From assembly GCA_964016885.1 (NCBI GenBank), contig OZ024741.1, positions 195,734,001-195,798,000 of the forward strand: a stretch of 64,000 nt of DNA, read 5' to 3'. The DNA is from Eledone cirrhosa (lineage: Eukaryota). Shown here piece by piece: positions 1-14,537 of this stretch; position 1 is the stretch's first letter; each line of letters starts with the position of its first letter. The position numbers and the translations under genes were made by a program. A model generated the notes under the pieces. That model was not told the DNA's origin and made no database searches. It saw nothing but the letters and a program-made list of their open reading frames with translations.

Positions 1-605
1 CATATCTTCACAGATATTACATTAGTCATCATATAAACTATCATATCTTCACAGATATGACATTAGTCATCATATTAACTATCATACCTTCACAGATATG
101 ACATTAATCATCATATTAACTATCATTTCTTCACAGATATGACATTAGTCATCATATTAACTATCATTTCTTCATAGATATGACATTAGTCATCATATTA
201 ACTATCATATCTTCACAGATATGATATTAGTCATCATATTAACTATCATATCTTCACAGATATTATGACATTAATCATCATGTAAACTATCATTTCTTCA
301 CAGATATGACATTAGTCATCATATTAACTATCATTTCTTCATAGATATGACATTAGTCATCATATTAACTATCATATCTTCACAGATATTATGACATTAG
401 TCATCATATTAACTATAATATCTTCACAGATATTATGACATTCGTCATCATATTAACTATCATATCTTCACAGATATTATGACATTAGTCATCATATTAA
501 CTATAATATCTTCACAGATATTATGACATTAGTCATCATATTAACTATCATATCTTCACTGATATTATGACATTAGTCATATTAACTATCATTTCTTCAC
601 AGATA
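1..605. repeat. Minisatellite, 39-42 bp unit (GACATTAGTCATCATATTAACTATCATATCTTCACAGATAT[TAT]), about 15 copies, truncated by the window start
   Basis: Directly visible tandem periodicity; lies upstream of the first visible galectin exon, probably intronic. Confidence 0.95.
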
Positions 606-1813
606 TTGTATTAGTAATCTTTTTAATTGATTTGTGTTTTATAGCAAGCCTCATTACAAACCAAGATATTATATGTCACCCATTTCTAGTTTCTCTATGG
701 TCTGGTAAATAGAGTAACATTGGTCTGAAGCTGAATACTTGACTGGCTTCCAGTCATCATTCCAGGGAGGTGGGTGTGTTGTATATATTTGAGTATGTGG
801 GTGGAAGTGGGGGTAAGCAAACTCAAGGGCTGCTCTAGGTGGTACACTCTCTAGCTATGTTACTATTTCTAGATTAGAAATGTTGTGTAATAACCCATTC
901 ATTAACTCCTAAAATTCTGTACGACACAAAACCACATAAGTAAGACATTCTTAAAAATTAAAGTCTTTAGTTTACTACAAATTTTCACAACAATCTGTCC
1001 ACTTGCAAAGTTACCATAAACATTTGAATTGACAAAGCCATTTCTTTCAGATATTTCCTGTTAAATCATTGCAGTGTTAAATTAAGTGTTAATCATATAT
1101 TACTCCTACTCCTTATGCTGATCAGCTCTACCTGCCTTCTACGGTACTGATTTAAAAGCAGCACAAATTAAGTTTGTTTATGATGGACACACACAGTGAA
1201 AGCAATAATATATGAACAGTTGATCATATAACTGGTAGTTGTATATTTTATTGACATGACTTGCTGCTGGAGTTCATGATTTCTTGATTATCTCAGTTCA
1301 ACTATTCGACAAAGGGGTTTCACTTATACTCCCATGTTGAGTAACTTTTCTTGGGAAGTATGTTCTGTCTAAATAATTATTCTAATAACTCAGGCATATA
1401 ATTAGTTTTACAGAATCATCCAATTTATTCATTCTAATAGTGAAAATTAAATCTAAACTGTTTTTTTTTTGTTCGTCTAAAAAGGCTCTGACTGTTTCCT
1501 TTTCATTCTAGTCATCGTGGATACCTCTTGTGTCCTAGGTCCCCCAACTGCTATTTTCCTCTGCAATATCTTGAATAGTGCATCCACCTGAGGAAGGAAC
1601 CCTGTGAGGTGGAGTGGCTGATGCAATAGATGTGGCTGGCTGTTCTTCATGGCTTTTGCTATTTTGTCTGCAGGACACAGCTATTTTTTTTTTTTCTTAA
1701 TATGCAAATGTTGATGAGTTGTGAATTTCTTTCTTTCATTTTAAAATAAAAATGAAGAGATTGGCCATCTTTAAAAATCAGGTTTGTCATAAATATTTAA
1801 ACTATCATTTTAG

Positions 1814-2021
1814 GTTCTCCATTAATTTCTCTTCATCACCACATTCTGAGCCTCTCCCAGATACTATTTTGCATATTGATTTTCGTTTTGATGACAACTG
1901 CATTGTACGCAATTCACTTCATTGGGATGAATGGGGTTCAGAAGAGCGAAAAGGACATTTCCCTCTGAGGAATGGAGAACTTTTTGAAGCAGTTGTATTG
2001 GTTGAAGATAATGGATTTAAG
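1814..2021 (+). CDS. Tandem-repeat galectin, CRD1 core exon (RFSINF...HIDFRF...VRNS...WGSEER...GFK)
   Basis: tttag acceptor at 1812-1813 and AAG|gtaaat donor; galectin H-x-D/N-x-R, V-x-N and WG-x-E-x-R motifs; phase 2 start matches the homologous CRD2 exon. Confidence 0.95.
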
Positions 2022-2507
2022 GTAAATAATTTCAAAAAATATTTTGAAGTTGTATATTTTTAACAAGTGGCTTGACTTGAGGCTGTCAGTTGAAATTGAA
2101 GTAATTACATTGTGAAAGGGTAATTTTATTCATTCAAAAAACATACAAAACTGTTAAATTTATTTTACTTTCATTAGTGTTTTAACATCACAAAATAAAT
2201 GATAAATATCAAGTGAATTTAACAATTTTTGTATGTTTTTTGAATGGTTAAAATTACTCTTCTGCAGTGTAATTGCTATAAATAGGTAACTTACACAAAT
2301 GTTCACATTAATCCAATACAATTGTTGAATTTTATGCATATGGTATTCTTTCTTCTTCAGTTATCTTATTTTTTCTATTCATCTTCCCATTAGAAACTGA
2401 CTAAAGTAGTCATTGCAATATCTGAAATTTATTTTAAATCATTGTTCATACTTAGACATATAGAAATTATTTGTTTTATAAAATGACAAATTTTCTTTCT
2501 GCTTCAG

Positions 2508-2624
2508 ATCGCCATCAATGGGAAGCATTTTACTTATTATGCCAAAAGATATCCAATGTGTCAGGGAAAATATTTGATAATTAAAGGCCATGTTCATGTC
2601 AACTTTATCAGAATGGGTAACAAT
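2508..2624 (+). CDS. Galectin CRD1 C-terminal exon (IAINGKHFTYYAKRYP...IKGHVHVNFIRMGNN)
   Basis: Pyrimidine tract + cag acceptor, gtgagt donor; 117 nt, phase 0/0; typical galectin NG.H...Y..R and I.G.V strands. Confidence 0.92.
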
Positions 2625-2814
2625 GTGAGTATTAAAAATGCTGGCATTTCTTTTGCTGTTGATTATTTTACATATATAAGTACAATACTTTATAGGAAAG
2701 GAGAAATAATTATGTAAAATTCACATAAATAAAGTGAATTGTCTGCAACAGAGCTGAAACTTGGTTAGTATTCTTCTACTCTATGGAATATAAATAAATA
2801 TTTGTTGCCTTTAA

Positions 2815-3035
2815 CCCTTTAGCATTTAAAGCGGCCATGTCCGGCCAGAATTCTCTCACCTCTTTCTGTTCAAAGCAGGCTTAACCAGCTGCTCATACTG
2901 ATGTTCAGGTATTGTTCACAAAATGAATAATAGAAAAATCTCATAGATTCGATATTATATAAGATAATTTTGTAAGATAAAGCCTTTATCAGTAAAATAC
3001 AATAGTAAATATAGAGTAATGTAAATGCTAAAAGG
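2815..3035. mobile_element. piggyBac-like MITE
   Basis: TTAA on both flanks, TIR CCCTTTAGCATTT...AAATGCTAAAAGG; second copy at 13202-13420. Confidence 0.85.
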
Positions 3036-4107
3036 TTAATCAGTAAAAAATGAGACTATATTTTAAAGAATGAATAGTGAAAATAAAGTAAAATTACTTC
3101 AACTGGAGATTGGAATCAGTTTGTAGGTTTGGTTAGCTGTTATTTCTTTTTCTTGTTTAAATCATGATAATCCCTAATGAAGCAAACCTATGATTAAGGC
3201 TCTCTGGTTGTAACAAATCTTATCTTTCTATCAACATAATGCATCAAGGATTACATTTTCCAATGTGTTATGCCTTTTTGTATGTGTTAGTGTCATTTCA
3301 GGAACAATTGGCTGTTATTACTAGCAGGTCAAGTGTATATTAGCTTGATAACTGAGTTTATTTTTATGGTTCCTTACATTTATAAAAGAAAATCTAGTTG
3401 CTTGTCTTGTCAAGAGCATCTGTGGAATGAATGTTTATCAATAGGAACTGAACCCAATTTCCATTTGGTTCACTAGGATCTTACCTCTTCCATACAGTAT
3501 TTTGCCTAATTCATCATCATCAGGTGTCATCTGCTCTCAACAGATTGAATATCATAGATTGCTCTAATGCTATCGATGATTAACTATGGATGTGTACGTG
3601 AAAGGTATCAAATCCCTTCCTTGCATAGTGATTGATAGGTTTTAAGACCTCCTGTCTAGCACTCGAAAGACTTCACAAGTCAACCACTCTGGGCTGGTAC
3701 TTTAATTATCAACCCCAAAAGAATGAAAGCCAAAATTGATCTCTTCAAGGTTTGAACCCAGAAAAATACCACAAATCATTTTGTATACTTCTTCCAATTC
3801 ACCTAACTCACAAATTACTAAACAGCTAGTCAAACTGGTTATGAGAACAATACTAGTGCCACCACTATAAAGCACTCTGACAATACTGAGGACCCCTTGA
3901 AAGTTGTTTGCTTAGATGAATAAGTTATTTACAAACTGTTTGTGAATATTCTGTAAACTCTTCACTCTCTGTCCACCGCTTTCACACACAAAAGATAACA
4001 AATAAATACTTTAGTCCATTCTTTTAAATCAATGCAGGAGATGTCAAACATGTTGATGAAATACATAGTTAATATGAATAAAATTATTTAATAGCATTAT
4101 TGAAAAA

Positions 4108-5760
4108 TGCAAGAAGTACCTAGCTAAAAGTAAACCCCTATACTTAGCTTTTGTTGACTTGGAGAAAGCCTTTGACAGAGTACCCCGCTCGATTATCTGG
4201 TGGACCCTTAGAAAACTAGGTGTTGATGAATGGCTTGTGAGAGCTATACAAGCCATGTATAAAGAAACAGTCAGCAAGGTTAGAATTAACAACGAATATA
4301 GTGAAGAGTTTAGCGTAAAAGTTGGTGTTCATCAGGGCTCCGTCCTTAGCCCCTTACTATTTATTATTGCCCTTCAGGCTATAACAGAGGAGTTCAAGAC
4401 CGCTGCCCATGGGAACTCCTATATGCAGATGATCTAACGCTCATAGCTGAATCAATGGCTGAACTAGAGAAGAAATTCCAAACATGGAAGCATGGCCTAG
4501 AATCAAAAGGCCTTAAAGTTAACTTGTCTAAGACTAAAGTTCTAGTTTGTAGGAAGGAAAATAGGGCACCGGTCCCATCTGGGAAATGGCCATGCTCAGT
4601 GTGTCGGAAAGAAGGAGGCAGAAACTCCATTTTATGTCCCAAATGCAAAGTATGGGTACATCAAAGATGTAGTGGGATCACAGGTAAGCTAACTAAGAAT
4701 ATAGATTTTATATGTAGCCGGTGCTCTGGTGCAATAAGTAGCAGCAAGTGCCCACAGAATACTAACTCATTCCATTACACAGATGGTTCTATAGAAATAG
4801 TGGACAGCTTCCGTTACCTGGGTGACAAAATCAGCAGTGGGGGAGGGTGCTCTGAAAGTACAGTAGCTAGAGTCAGAACGGGATGGAAAAAGTTCAGAGA
4901 GCTTATACCACTATTGGCCGCTAAAGGGTTCTCTCTAAAAATGAAAGGCAGGCTGTATGATGCCTGCATACGAACAGCAATGTTACATGGCAGTGAGACC
5001 TGGGCATTGTGTGCAGAGGATATACGCAGACTGGAGAGAAACGAAGCTTGCATGCTCCGCTGGATGTGTAATAGTAATATATGTGAATGGCAAATCATAA
5101 ACGAACTAAGGGAGAAATTAGGAATAAGAGGGATCAGATGTTGTTTACTCGAGAGAAGACTACGTTGGTATGGTCACGTGATGTGCATGAAAGACGACAG
5201 CTGTATAAAAAAGTGCAGGGCGATAAAAATAGACGGTAGCCACGGAGTAGACAGACCCAGAAAAACCTGGGACGACTTGATAAATTCCGACCTCACACAC
5301 TTACACCTCTCCAAGACAATGTCACTGGACCAAGAGCTTTGGCGCTACACAGTTATACAGAAGACCCACCTTGCCTAAGTACAAAGCGAAACCTACAGTC
5401 AGTAGGCACCTCTTACAAAATACACCCCCATCCCACTACCCCCACCCCATCCACACCCGCCCCTTAAATGTGAAGTTATGTTGGTACCACAACATCCAGT
5501 CTGAAACAAATGAGGTTGTGTAGGCGACACAACAAAAAACACACAGTCCACGCTGTAATGTGGCCGTGTAGGTAACACGGTAAAAACCTCCCAGTCCACA
5601 CTGTAAACGTGGTTGGTGTTAGGAAGGGCATCCAGCTGTAGAAAACCCGCCAGACAGTCCTATACGAGCAGGACAACCAATCTTGCCTCAGGTGGGAAAA
5701 CTCCCATCCAAACCCATGCAAGCGTGGAAGATGGACGTTAAATGATAATAATGATGATGA
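4108..5760 (+). mobile_element. 5'-truncated RTE-clade LINE (RT with frameshift near 4400, Cys-rich insert, (GAT)n tail)
   Basis: FVDLEKAFDRV, GVHQGSVLSPLLF, YADD (frameshifted), FRYLG, RLRWYGHV, RP.KTW motifs; 3' end ggacgttaaatgataataatgatgatga. Confidence 0.92.
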
Positions 5761-7149
5761 AATAGCTGGATCTATAATATTTGTGAGTTAATTTTGTTGA
5801 TAGATATGCCTTTTAATTCTACATGCCTCAGTTCACTTTGCTTCAGAAATGCTGATAATGTTGCTGTAATAGAATTGGATTCTACCAAAGGAACAGTTTT
5901 TCTCTTATATAATCATCATTTTTACATTGACCCTTTCATGCTGCCATAGGTTGGATGGGATGTTTTGTAGTAGTGTTTAACAACTAGATAGCCTTCTTGA
6001 TATCCACACTTTTAGTCACTTCTTACAACATGCAGAGAAACAGTGTACCTGTTCTAAACTGGATATGATTGTTTGATATTGTGACACACATACTTCAACT
6101 AAGTAATGTTAAATTAACTACAAATGGTCACAAACTTGAATCTCTGGTAGATTATCTCTAAGTCTAAAATGACCTCCACAAATTGGAGGACCAGTTTCTT
6201 TTAACTTGGCATCTGACTCTGTGATTATAGGGAAGAGGAATTGTATGTTATGATATCTATATCTTTCTGAAGGATATTAATCTAAAGTGAAATTGGCAGA
6301 AATGGTAGAGCATTGAATAAAATGCCATTGCATACTGGGTTCAAATCCCACCAAGGTTAACACTGTCTTTCATACATCTTGGATCACTGGCCTTGTGCCT
6401 AAATTAGAAATCAGTATAAATAAAGTGAAATAATTTCAATACTAAAACAAAACCACAACATAGACTTCATTGAAGAACAGTTTGATAAGTTCGGGTACCA
6501 CAAGAAAGGAAGAATCTAATGTTTCAGGCCCTTGTTCTTTGCCTGAGAATATGAAAGAAAGGTGATATAGTGTTGTTTTGCTTGTATGTCAGCAAATGAT
6601 GAAGGAAGTTAAGTTATGTAATAGGGATATAAATCTGGAGTAAAAGGTGAATGAAGAAGGAGGGGGCTAGAATTAAAGAGGGAAGACAAAGGCATCAATA
6701 CTTCAGGTGAGTTAAAAAAATAAGAGGTGGTGTTGAAATTAAAAGTTAATCAAGGAAAACAGTAAGTAAAAGGAATAAGAAATATAAAATATGCAAACCC
6801 AGAAGGCTATTTAAAAAAAATATATTATTTAGTTAATGATGTGAAATGAAAAAGAGGTAGATAGTAAGAAGAGGAATGGGGAAGTAGAGAGAACTAAAGT
6901 TTTAAGCAAAGCCAAGATAAATAAAGAGAGGTAAATTGAGAAATATAGTGGTAGAGGGAGCAATACTGTACTTATGGGGGTGGTAAGAAGACATTCATAA
7001 AATTCTAAAATAAGATAGGTAGAATTATTTGTCCTGTAGTATAAACCAGTTTACTATAAAATGACCTCTTTAACAGGCACTTACACACACATAAGATTGA
7101 TGATTAATGGCAATAGGATAAGAACTAGATTGACTCAGAAACAAGACAG

Positions 7150-8100
7150 TAAAGGAGAAGAAAAAATTGGAAGTTGAAAGTTCCTTCAGCCATAAACAAA
7201 TTTTAAAAAGTACTAGGCAATATGCATGAAAAAAATAGGATATAGAAACTTGCTGTGACCCACAGATCTGATCTGTAGATGGGGCATGGGTCCAGCAAGG
7301 CAGAAGGTGACAAAGTGTTGATAGAACCACAAAAGCTAAGTGACAGGACTGAAAAGAATGGAAGAAATTGGAGTGGGGGCAAATGCAAAGAATGATATCA
7401 AGTAGTTAGAAGAGAAGCTGTACTCCAGGTATATGTAATTCAAAACAATATCAGGTAGCTAGGAGAGATGCTATACTTCAGATATATGTAATTCAGAGGA
7501 AATCAGATAGTAAGAGGGTTGCCAATGTACAATATTCTTTAATGAGATGTTGAGACTATATTTGTAAAAGGTTTGTACAGAATGATAGTGATGTATTCAT
7601 ACTCACAGAAGCTGAGAAGAAAGAAATATGGAAAAGCTACTCTGAGAGGTTACTGAATATGTGGGAGAGGGGGTTATCAGTTGCTGAAGTTGATAATTAT
7701 ATGATTGAAAGGGCTATTAAAGATATGAAGGTAGAGTAAACAACAGAACAATTAGGGATAGTCACTGAGATCTTGAAAAATATCTAGTGAATTAGATGAG
7801 CTAGTCACTTACATAATCAATCAATTAGTTCAGTGATATCTAGTGAATTAGTCACATAATCAATCAAGTAGTTCAGCGATATCATACCAATGACTAACAT
7901 AACACTATCAACAACTGCTACAAGAACAAAGATGCTCAAAAAAGGGGGAAACTACAGAGACATCAAATTGATGGGCCAAATTATAAATGTAGCAGAAGGA
8001 TTAATACACAAGTAGTTTAAAAGAGAATTAGTTTAAATGAGATGCAGTTTGTGCTAGAACTGAGTAAGTACTTTTTAGCTAAAAGCAAGTCTTTATACTT
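7150..8100 (+). pseudogene. Highly decayed RTE-like LINE remnant
   Basis: Fragmentary RT-like translations (NYRDIKL; yields KYFLAKSKSLY, similar to the 4110 copy). Confidence 0.55.
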
Positions 8101-9792
8101 ATAATTTGAGATAGGACCCAGTGTATGTAGATTTACATGTATGTAGAACCAAGGTGTAGTAGTTGAAAATGTCAATAGAAACAAAAATATCTAGGAAGTA
8201 GATAGACATATAGATTGTGGATGTGAATTCCAGTGTTGGGTGGAAATTATTGAATCTTAATGTCCTGTACTGCATTAGCAAAACATTCTTGAAAATTACA
8301 AAACAACACTATAACTATCACAGTAAAAAATGAAGTCGTTAGTTTACTGCAAATTTTCACAAACATTTATCCACTAAATATTTGAATTAACAAGCCACTT
8401 TTTAGATATTTTCTGCTATAAAGAGCTAATGAAAGGGATAAAAATTGTGAGTTGCTCTCTAATGAGTGAGATAGCAGTCTAATTGTTTAGGGCATACCTT
8501 TTGTTCTATGGTGCATGCCACATAAAATATTTAATTAACAAAAATATAAATAACAAAAAACCTAACTTAAACGTAACTTAACTTAAATGTGTTTTAATTC
8601 CGCCTTTATCTTATAAACTTCCTATTTATTCTTCTTACGTATTTTATACTATTGAAGGTATCATTGAGATATTTAACTTCTACTGGTCTTAACAGTTTTC
8701 CAGCTACACTTAAAAATGATATATAAGAGTGTTATCTTAGTGCTTATCCAACTATATAAGGAGATTTAAACTCATCATTAAAGCTAAAAAAAGTTACTAA
8801 GTATAATGCCTCTACTTCTTATAACTGAGGTATAACTACACATAGTGCCTATGAAAAACTACTTCACAGTATGAATTCAGACATCTGTAACCCTTCATTT
8901 GTTGAAGCTGTCTTTTTAACCTTTTAAAGCTTTTCATATCTCAAGTCTATAATTATCCTCTTCATCACCACCTTATCATCATCATTATCACCATCTAACA
9001 TCTATTTTCCATGCTTATATGGGTTAGTCAAGTCGCCACATACTAAGGACTAACTACTCAGATAACTACACCTTGCTCAAATGCTCCATGTTTGGCTCGA
9101 TTTCTATTGCTGGATGTCCTTCCTAATGCCAAACACTTTACAGTGTGTACTAAAAGCATTTATCATGACTCCAGTACTATCACCTTTAAGGGTGGACTGG
9201 GTGCTTTTTGTCATGGGTCTAGCACTAACACCTTACAGGGTAGAATGGGTGCTATTTTGTTGTGGCACTGCCACTTTACAAGTAATTTTTCTGCAGTAGA
9301 ATTTGAACTTAGTATTACAAGTCATTTAATCACCATGAACCTGTTGTCACTTACACCAGTGAATTATAAACACTGCAGTTCCTACAAGGAATTTGGTGAA
9401 TTCAATCACTTACAGTTGACTGTCTTTGCCACAGATGCAAGGTGCAAACTATCAACTTTTTAGCTGGTTGTTCAGTACTGTGGAGCTAGGGAGCCAGAAG
9501 TGAGGGATCAGTGATGTTACATTGGTGTGCGGACTGGATCTCTCTCTCTCTTGGTCCATGTAGTGTGGCAGAGTATGGATGTCCTGTAATGACTGATGCA
9601 AATGAGTGTTTGACTTTTGCTATGTTCTCTGGCCAGATGCAAAACAGGTGAGCATCACACAGGGAGATTCAGTCCGGACAAGTCTTATGACAAGTACTCT
9701 ATTGATTCTTGAAACTATATGTGCAAATTGATTTAATTCCAGAAAATGTATCATCTTTCTCATTATATTAAGTAATATGTATTGTTTTGCAG

Positions 9793-9879
9793 ATACCTGC
9801 ACCAAGACCCTCAATACCACCATTTAATCCAAGGCCTTTGCCACCATATCAGCCAGTTCCTACACACCTTAATAATCCA
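9793..9879 (+). CDS. Galectin proline-rich linker exon (IPAPRPSIPPFNPRPLPPYQPVPTHLNNP)
   Basis: ttttgcag acceptor, gtaagt donor; 87 nt, phase 0/0; ends in NP before the VP of the next exon, as in galectin linkers. Confidence 0.88.
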
Positions 9880-10329
9880 GTAAGTATTTTGTTTGTAAAA
9901 TTATGATATTCAAAAGACAATATTAAATTAAAATTCATGTAAAAGCTGAGAAGTGGCAGATATGGCAAACACCTGAATAAATGCCTTACAGTATTAATTC
10001 CAATTCTCTTACCTCATTAGTTTAACTACTGCAGACTTTATATTTGCTTTTCATTCCTCTAAGGCATGCTCCATCGTTGATCCATTTAACTGTATTCTGT
10101 CAAAATAAATTTGTGACTTTGTATAATTGTAAGAATTATTGTTTCTATTGTAAGGTACTAGAAGCAAGGGAAGTGGAATAATCCAAATAATATTTAATAA
10201 TCTTAGTTCCTCACAAGATCATGTGTCATGAAAGTCTATTCTAAACTGAAACCATATCAATAAGTCACTTCACTAATGTTTTGGGACTTTTCTAGTATTC
10301 ACCATTTGCAAAAGTAGTAGAATACTCCA

Positions 10330-12620
10330 GGTTTTAAAATCTTCAAATGAATACCTGCATTTCAAAAGATACTTGCTCTCTTCATGGTAACACCAATCTC
10401 CTGACATACAGCCTAAACTAAATGTACAAAACCTTCTTCTTGTTATTTGTTCACTTATTCCTGAGAGGGCCATGGAGGCAGTGTCCTCAAACACTACATT
10501 CAGTGAGTCCTGTCAGAAGCAATCGTCTCCAATTGATCTGGCTAGATCCACAAGCAAGACTAACCGAGCTCATGGATGTTATCCAACTATCTTGCAGCCT
10601 GACTGCACATGGCAATCCTGTTCATGAAGATTATGAACAGGAGAAATGATAGTATGCACCTTTGGCAGAGTCCGACTCACACTGAATGATTTTGATTTAG
10701 TATCATTTATCTGAACAATAATACTTGGGTATTTGTATAGAGACATCAGAGCAGCAAGAAGCTGTCCATCGATTCCATACTCCTGCAAAAAGTTCTGCAT
10801 TCCTTTTCAAGCTCTATGAAGCAAGAATACATCTCTTAGCAGTATTCTCATGATTTCTCAAAGACCTGTCACAGTGTGAATATTAGGTCAGCTGTGCTGT
10901 GGCCAGGGCGAAAACTACACAGTTCATCAGTTAGCTTAGACATGACAATCTCTCTTATATCTTTTTGCCAGACACTTAGCATAGATTTTACTGAGGGGTG
11001 GGGTGGGGTGGGGTTACAAAGTGACCCCTCTATAATCTGAGCAATCTCTCTTATCTCCCTTTTGGAAAATTGGGATTATCACTCCCGTTTGCCATTGCTT
11101 AGGCGCCTTTCCACAGATCCAGGCCAGCTGGCACACATGAGTCAACCAGAGAATACCTTCTCTATTTAAGGCTTTTAACATCTCGGGTCAAATTTCCTCC
11201 TCCCCAGCAGCCTTGCCACATTTGAGCTCTTTAATTGCTCTTGTGACTTCAGACTACAAGAGATTACTCATTGCTCCTTGATGCACCTCATGTACATCAG
11301 AAGACACTGTTGTGATTGGGTATAGGAGATCAGCAAAGTATTCTCTCCACTTTGCAAGAATACACCTCACTGACGAGAGGAGAACTCCAGACGTATTCCT
11401 GATAGCAGGTGTGGAGGAGGACTTCTTATGAAGTCGGCAGATGGGCTGCCAGAACACTTTATTTGCTGATCTGAAGTCGGTTTCCAGCTTAACTCCAAAG
11501 TCTAATCTTTGGACGCTTTATCTGTCTCTGTTGTGACTTTTCATGCCTGCTTGTACCACAAGTACAAGAAAGAGGACCTTATTTCCAAGCCAAGCTTTGT
11601 AAGCCTCCTTCTTTGCTCGATTGAACCAAGGAGTCTTCATACCACCAAGCACCACACCAAGCTACTTTCACTCACAACATTGAACTGCTGAGCTGAACAA
11701 TTTCCACTCCATTTCAACATCCTCAGTTTGCTCAGGGTGTTCTCTGAATTTGGATGCAATAGTATCTGCATACCTGGTCCTGACTTCCTTATACACCAAA
11801 GCTTCCCACTTTATCCTGTAGGTCGCCATGGACCTGCCAGTTTTGTAGGCTTCTTTGGCTTTAGGTAGTCTCAAGTTGAAGATAACTAGATGGTGATCAG
11901 TTGACAGCTCAGCCCATCTCTTAACATGGACATCCAGTACAGAATCAAAGAGATCAGAGATGATAACAAAATCAATTATTGATTTCTATCCCTGATTCCC
12001 CTTATACCATATATAGTTATGGATGTCTCTGTGCTGGAAGAAGGTGTTCATAATAGAGAATCCATTGCTAGAACAGCAGCCTAATAAGGCCTCTCTATTC
12101 ATATTTAGATCAGGATTGCTGTTTCTTCCAATCACTCCTTTCCATGTCAGGTGGTCAGTGCCAACATGTACATTGTAGTCTCCCATCAGGATATATGACT
12201 CAGACTTAATTACATTTAACACTGCAGTGACATCATCAAAGAAGGACCTGTATTCAGACTCCTTGTTTAGGGAATAAACTGGCTCCACCCACAGAGACAT
12301 ATCTTTCAGCCTAAGCTTCAAGAGACAAATCGTCCCTCCTAATGGAATCCAGTCCATAACACATTCTGACTGTCAGGGGCTTGTGAGGATCCCCACTCTC
12401 ACATGTGCAGCCATTTCTGGTGTCACACCTGAATAGTGGAGTTTCCATCCTCCATCCAAATCTACAGTATCACAACCATAGAACTTTGTTGAAAAAACTC
12501 CAACTATATATAGCTTCCTCTATTGTTTCCTGCTCTTTACTTGTAAGAATTGTGATGTTGCAGGTTCCAACTATTAAGGTTTATTCCCTTCTAAACCCTC
12601 TTTGGAGTCTCAGAATATGC
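10330..12620 (-). mobile_element. Decayed RTE-clade LINE (APE endonuclease and RT fragments)
   Basis: ORFs 11986-12357 (LMGDYNVHVG, IMNTFFQH), STDHHLV, WREYFADLL and RT fragments, with many stops. Confidence 0.8.
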
Positions 12621-13201
12621 AATTTTTGTGTATCCATCCCATGCCTCTCAAGACAGGTCACACACCCATCTCCAGTTTTTACAGCATGATATAGAGACTG
12701 CAATATATTTTTCAAACAGACCCCTCTGCCTCAGACCTGAATGTGTGCCTTGTTAACCTGTGTGAAGGACAATTCAGTATGATTCTTTTGTTACCTTGTT
12801 ACTTCTCACCATATTGCAACAATGGTGGTCTTGTTTGCACCAGTCACCAGTCTGGTACTTTTCTCAGACTTGCAAAGACTAGGCTTTTTTGAAGCAGTCT
12901 TTACTTGCCTTGTTATAGCTACATCACTGAGTTGTGAGAGTTTTCTGTACAAAACCAGTTTTGAAAATACCCTAATGGTCACAGTGCCTCCCAAACTATT
13001 ACAATATTCTTACCCACTCTTCTCTAAGTACTTCATGTTTCTTTTATAAGTTTCCTTCCATATTTAATATCAGTTTGACATCATGGCATCACTTCTCTAA
13101 CCATGAACATACCTCCTATATAACCTCTTACCACCTTCACCATCTTGGATAATTTTCTCCTTTTTCACACACTCAATATAATTCTAGGATTTAAATATTA
13201 A

Positions 13202-13420
13202 CCCTTTAGCATTCAAACCGGCCATATCCGGCCCGAATTCTCTTACATCTTCTGTTCAAACTGGTTATAACTGGCCACTCATATTAATGTTAAAGTATTG
13301 TTCTTAAATAAATAATATCAAAATCTCATAAATTTGATATTATGTGAGATAATTATGTAAGATAAAGCCTTTACTGTGAAAATACAATAGTAAATATAGA
13401 ATAATGCAAATGCTAAAGGG
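13202..13420. mobile_element. piggyBac-like MITE, second copy
   Basis: TTAA flanks, CCCTTTAGCATT...AATGCTAAAGGG TIRs, internal homology to 2815-3035. Confidence 0.88.
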
Positions 13421-13699
13421 TTAAATTATTTCCCTTGCTATATGCAAAACGTAAATCATTTTTGTTCCCTCATTCCTTTCCGCAAAACTTTTCACCAAAT
13501 TTCATTCAACCATTTGTAATACATTTTGCCTTATGATATAGCTAGCAAACACTGCTTGCACTTATGTAAGATTGCTAGACCATGAAACCTAAGTACAATA
13601 AATTTTCATGTGTATGAATTATAATAAATTAGCTCGGTTTACATATAGATCACTTTTTCTTCTTGAGATTCTCCCTAAATATATATATCATCATTTTAC

Positions 13700-14505
13700 A
13701 TTCATTGTTCCATGCTTGCATGAGTTGGAACAGGTCTTTTTCAGCACAGCATCTCTCCACTTGTTGCAATCCTTTGTCATCTTTTCCATGAGCTTCAGCG
13801 ATTTGAGATGAGTTCTCACCACTTCTGCCCAGGTCTTGATTTTCCTCTACTGTGGCTTCCTTCCACTGGGATTTCTTGGGATTTATTCACCTAGCAGAGT
13901 CTTCTCTCCTGCACACTACTTTTGATTTGTCTTATATCCAGTTTCTCTCTCAGTTCAGCCATGCTTTGTAGTTCACACATTAACATTGCACATCTATTGA
14001 AGCATGCATGCTTCATTTCTCTCCAACCTTCGCATATCCTCTGGATTCACTGCTCATGTCTCACAACTATGCAACATCGCATAAAGGCATCATACAGACA
14101 ACCTTTTATTCATATGGAAAAACCTTTTAGTTGTCAACAAAGGTAGTATCTCCCTAAACTTCTTTTGTCATGCTCTCAGAGCACTTCCTCCTCTGCTAAT
14201 TATATCACCTAGGTAACAGAAGCTATTGACCTCTTCTATAAATCCTATCTGGGATCGTAAAATCACTGACATTTTTACTATCCAATTTTCCTTGAACATA
14301 TATTACATACAAAGTCTTCCTTTCCAGTTAGTCAGCATATTATCCCACTACACCTCTTGTTTAACCAAGATTTGCATTGTGTACATTGTATAGAGTTTCT
14401 ACCTACTTATTTTCTGCATATGGAGCAAGACCACTTCTTTCCTACTTATTAACACTAGTTTTTGCAAAGTTTACTCTCAGTCCTTTTGATTCTAAGTTCT
14501 GTTTC

Positions 14506-14537
<32 letters not shown>

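Noticed and set aside
1-605. Regular repeats resembling a CRISPR array
   Set aside because: No unique spacers; a pure minisatellite in eukaryotic DNA with no cas genes
645-720. Missing upstream galectin exon after the ttttatag acceptor
   Set aside because: The frames I checked give no galectin-like sequence; the exon is probably outside the window
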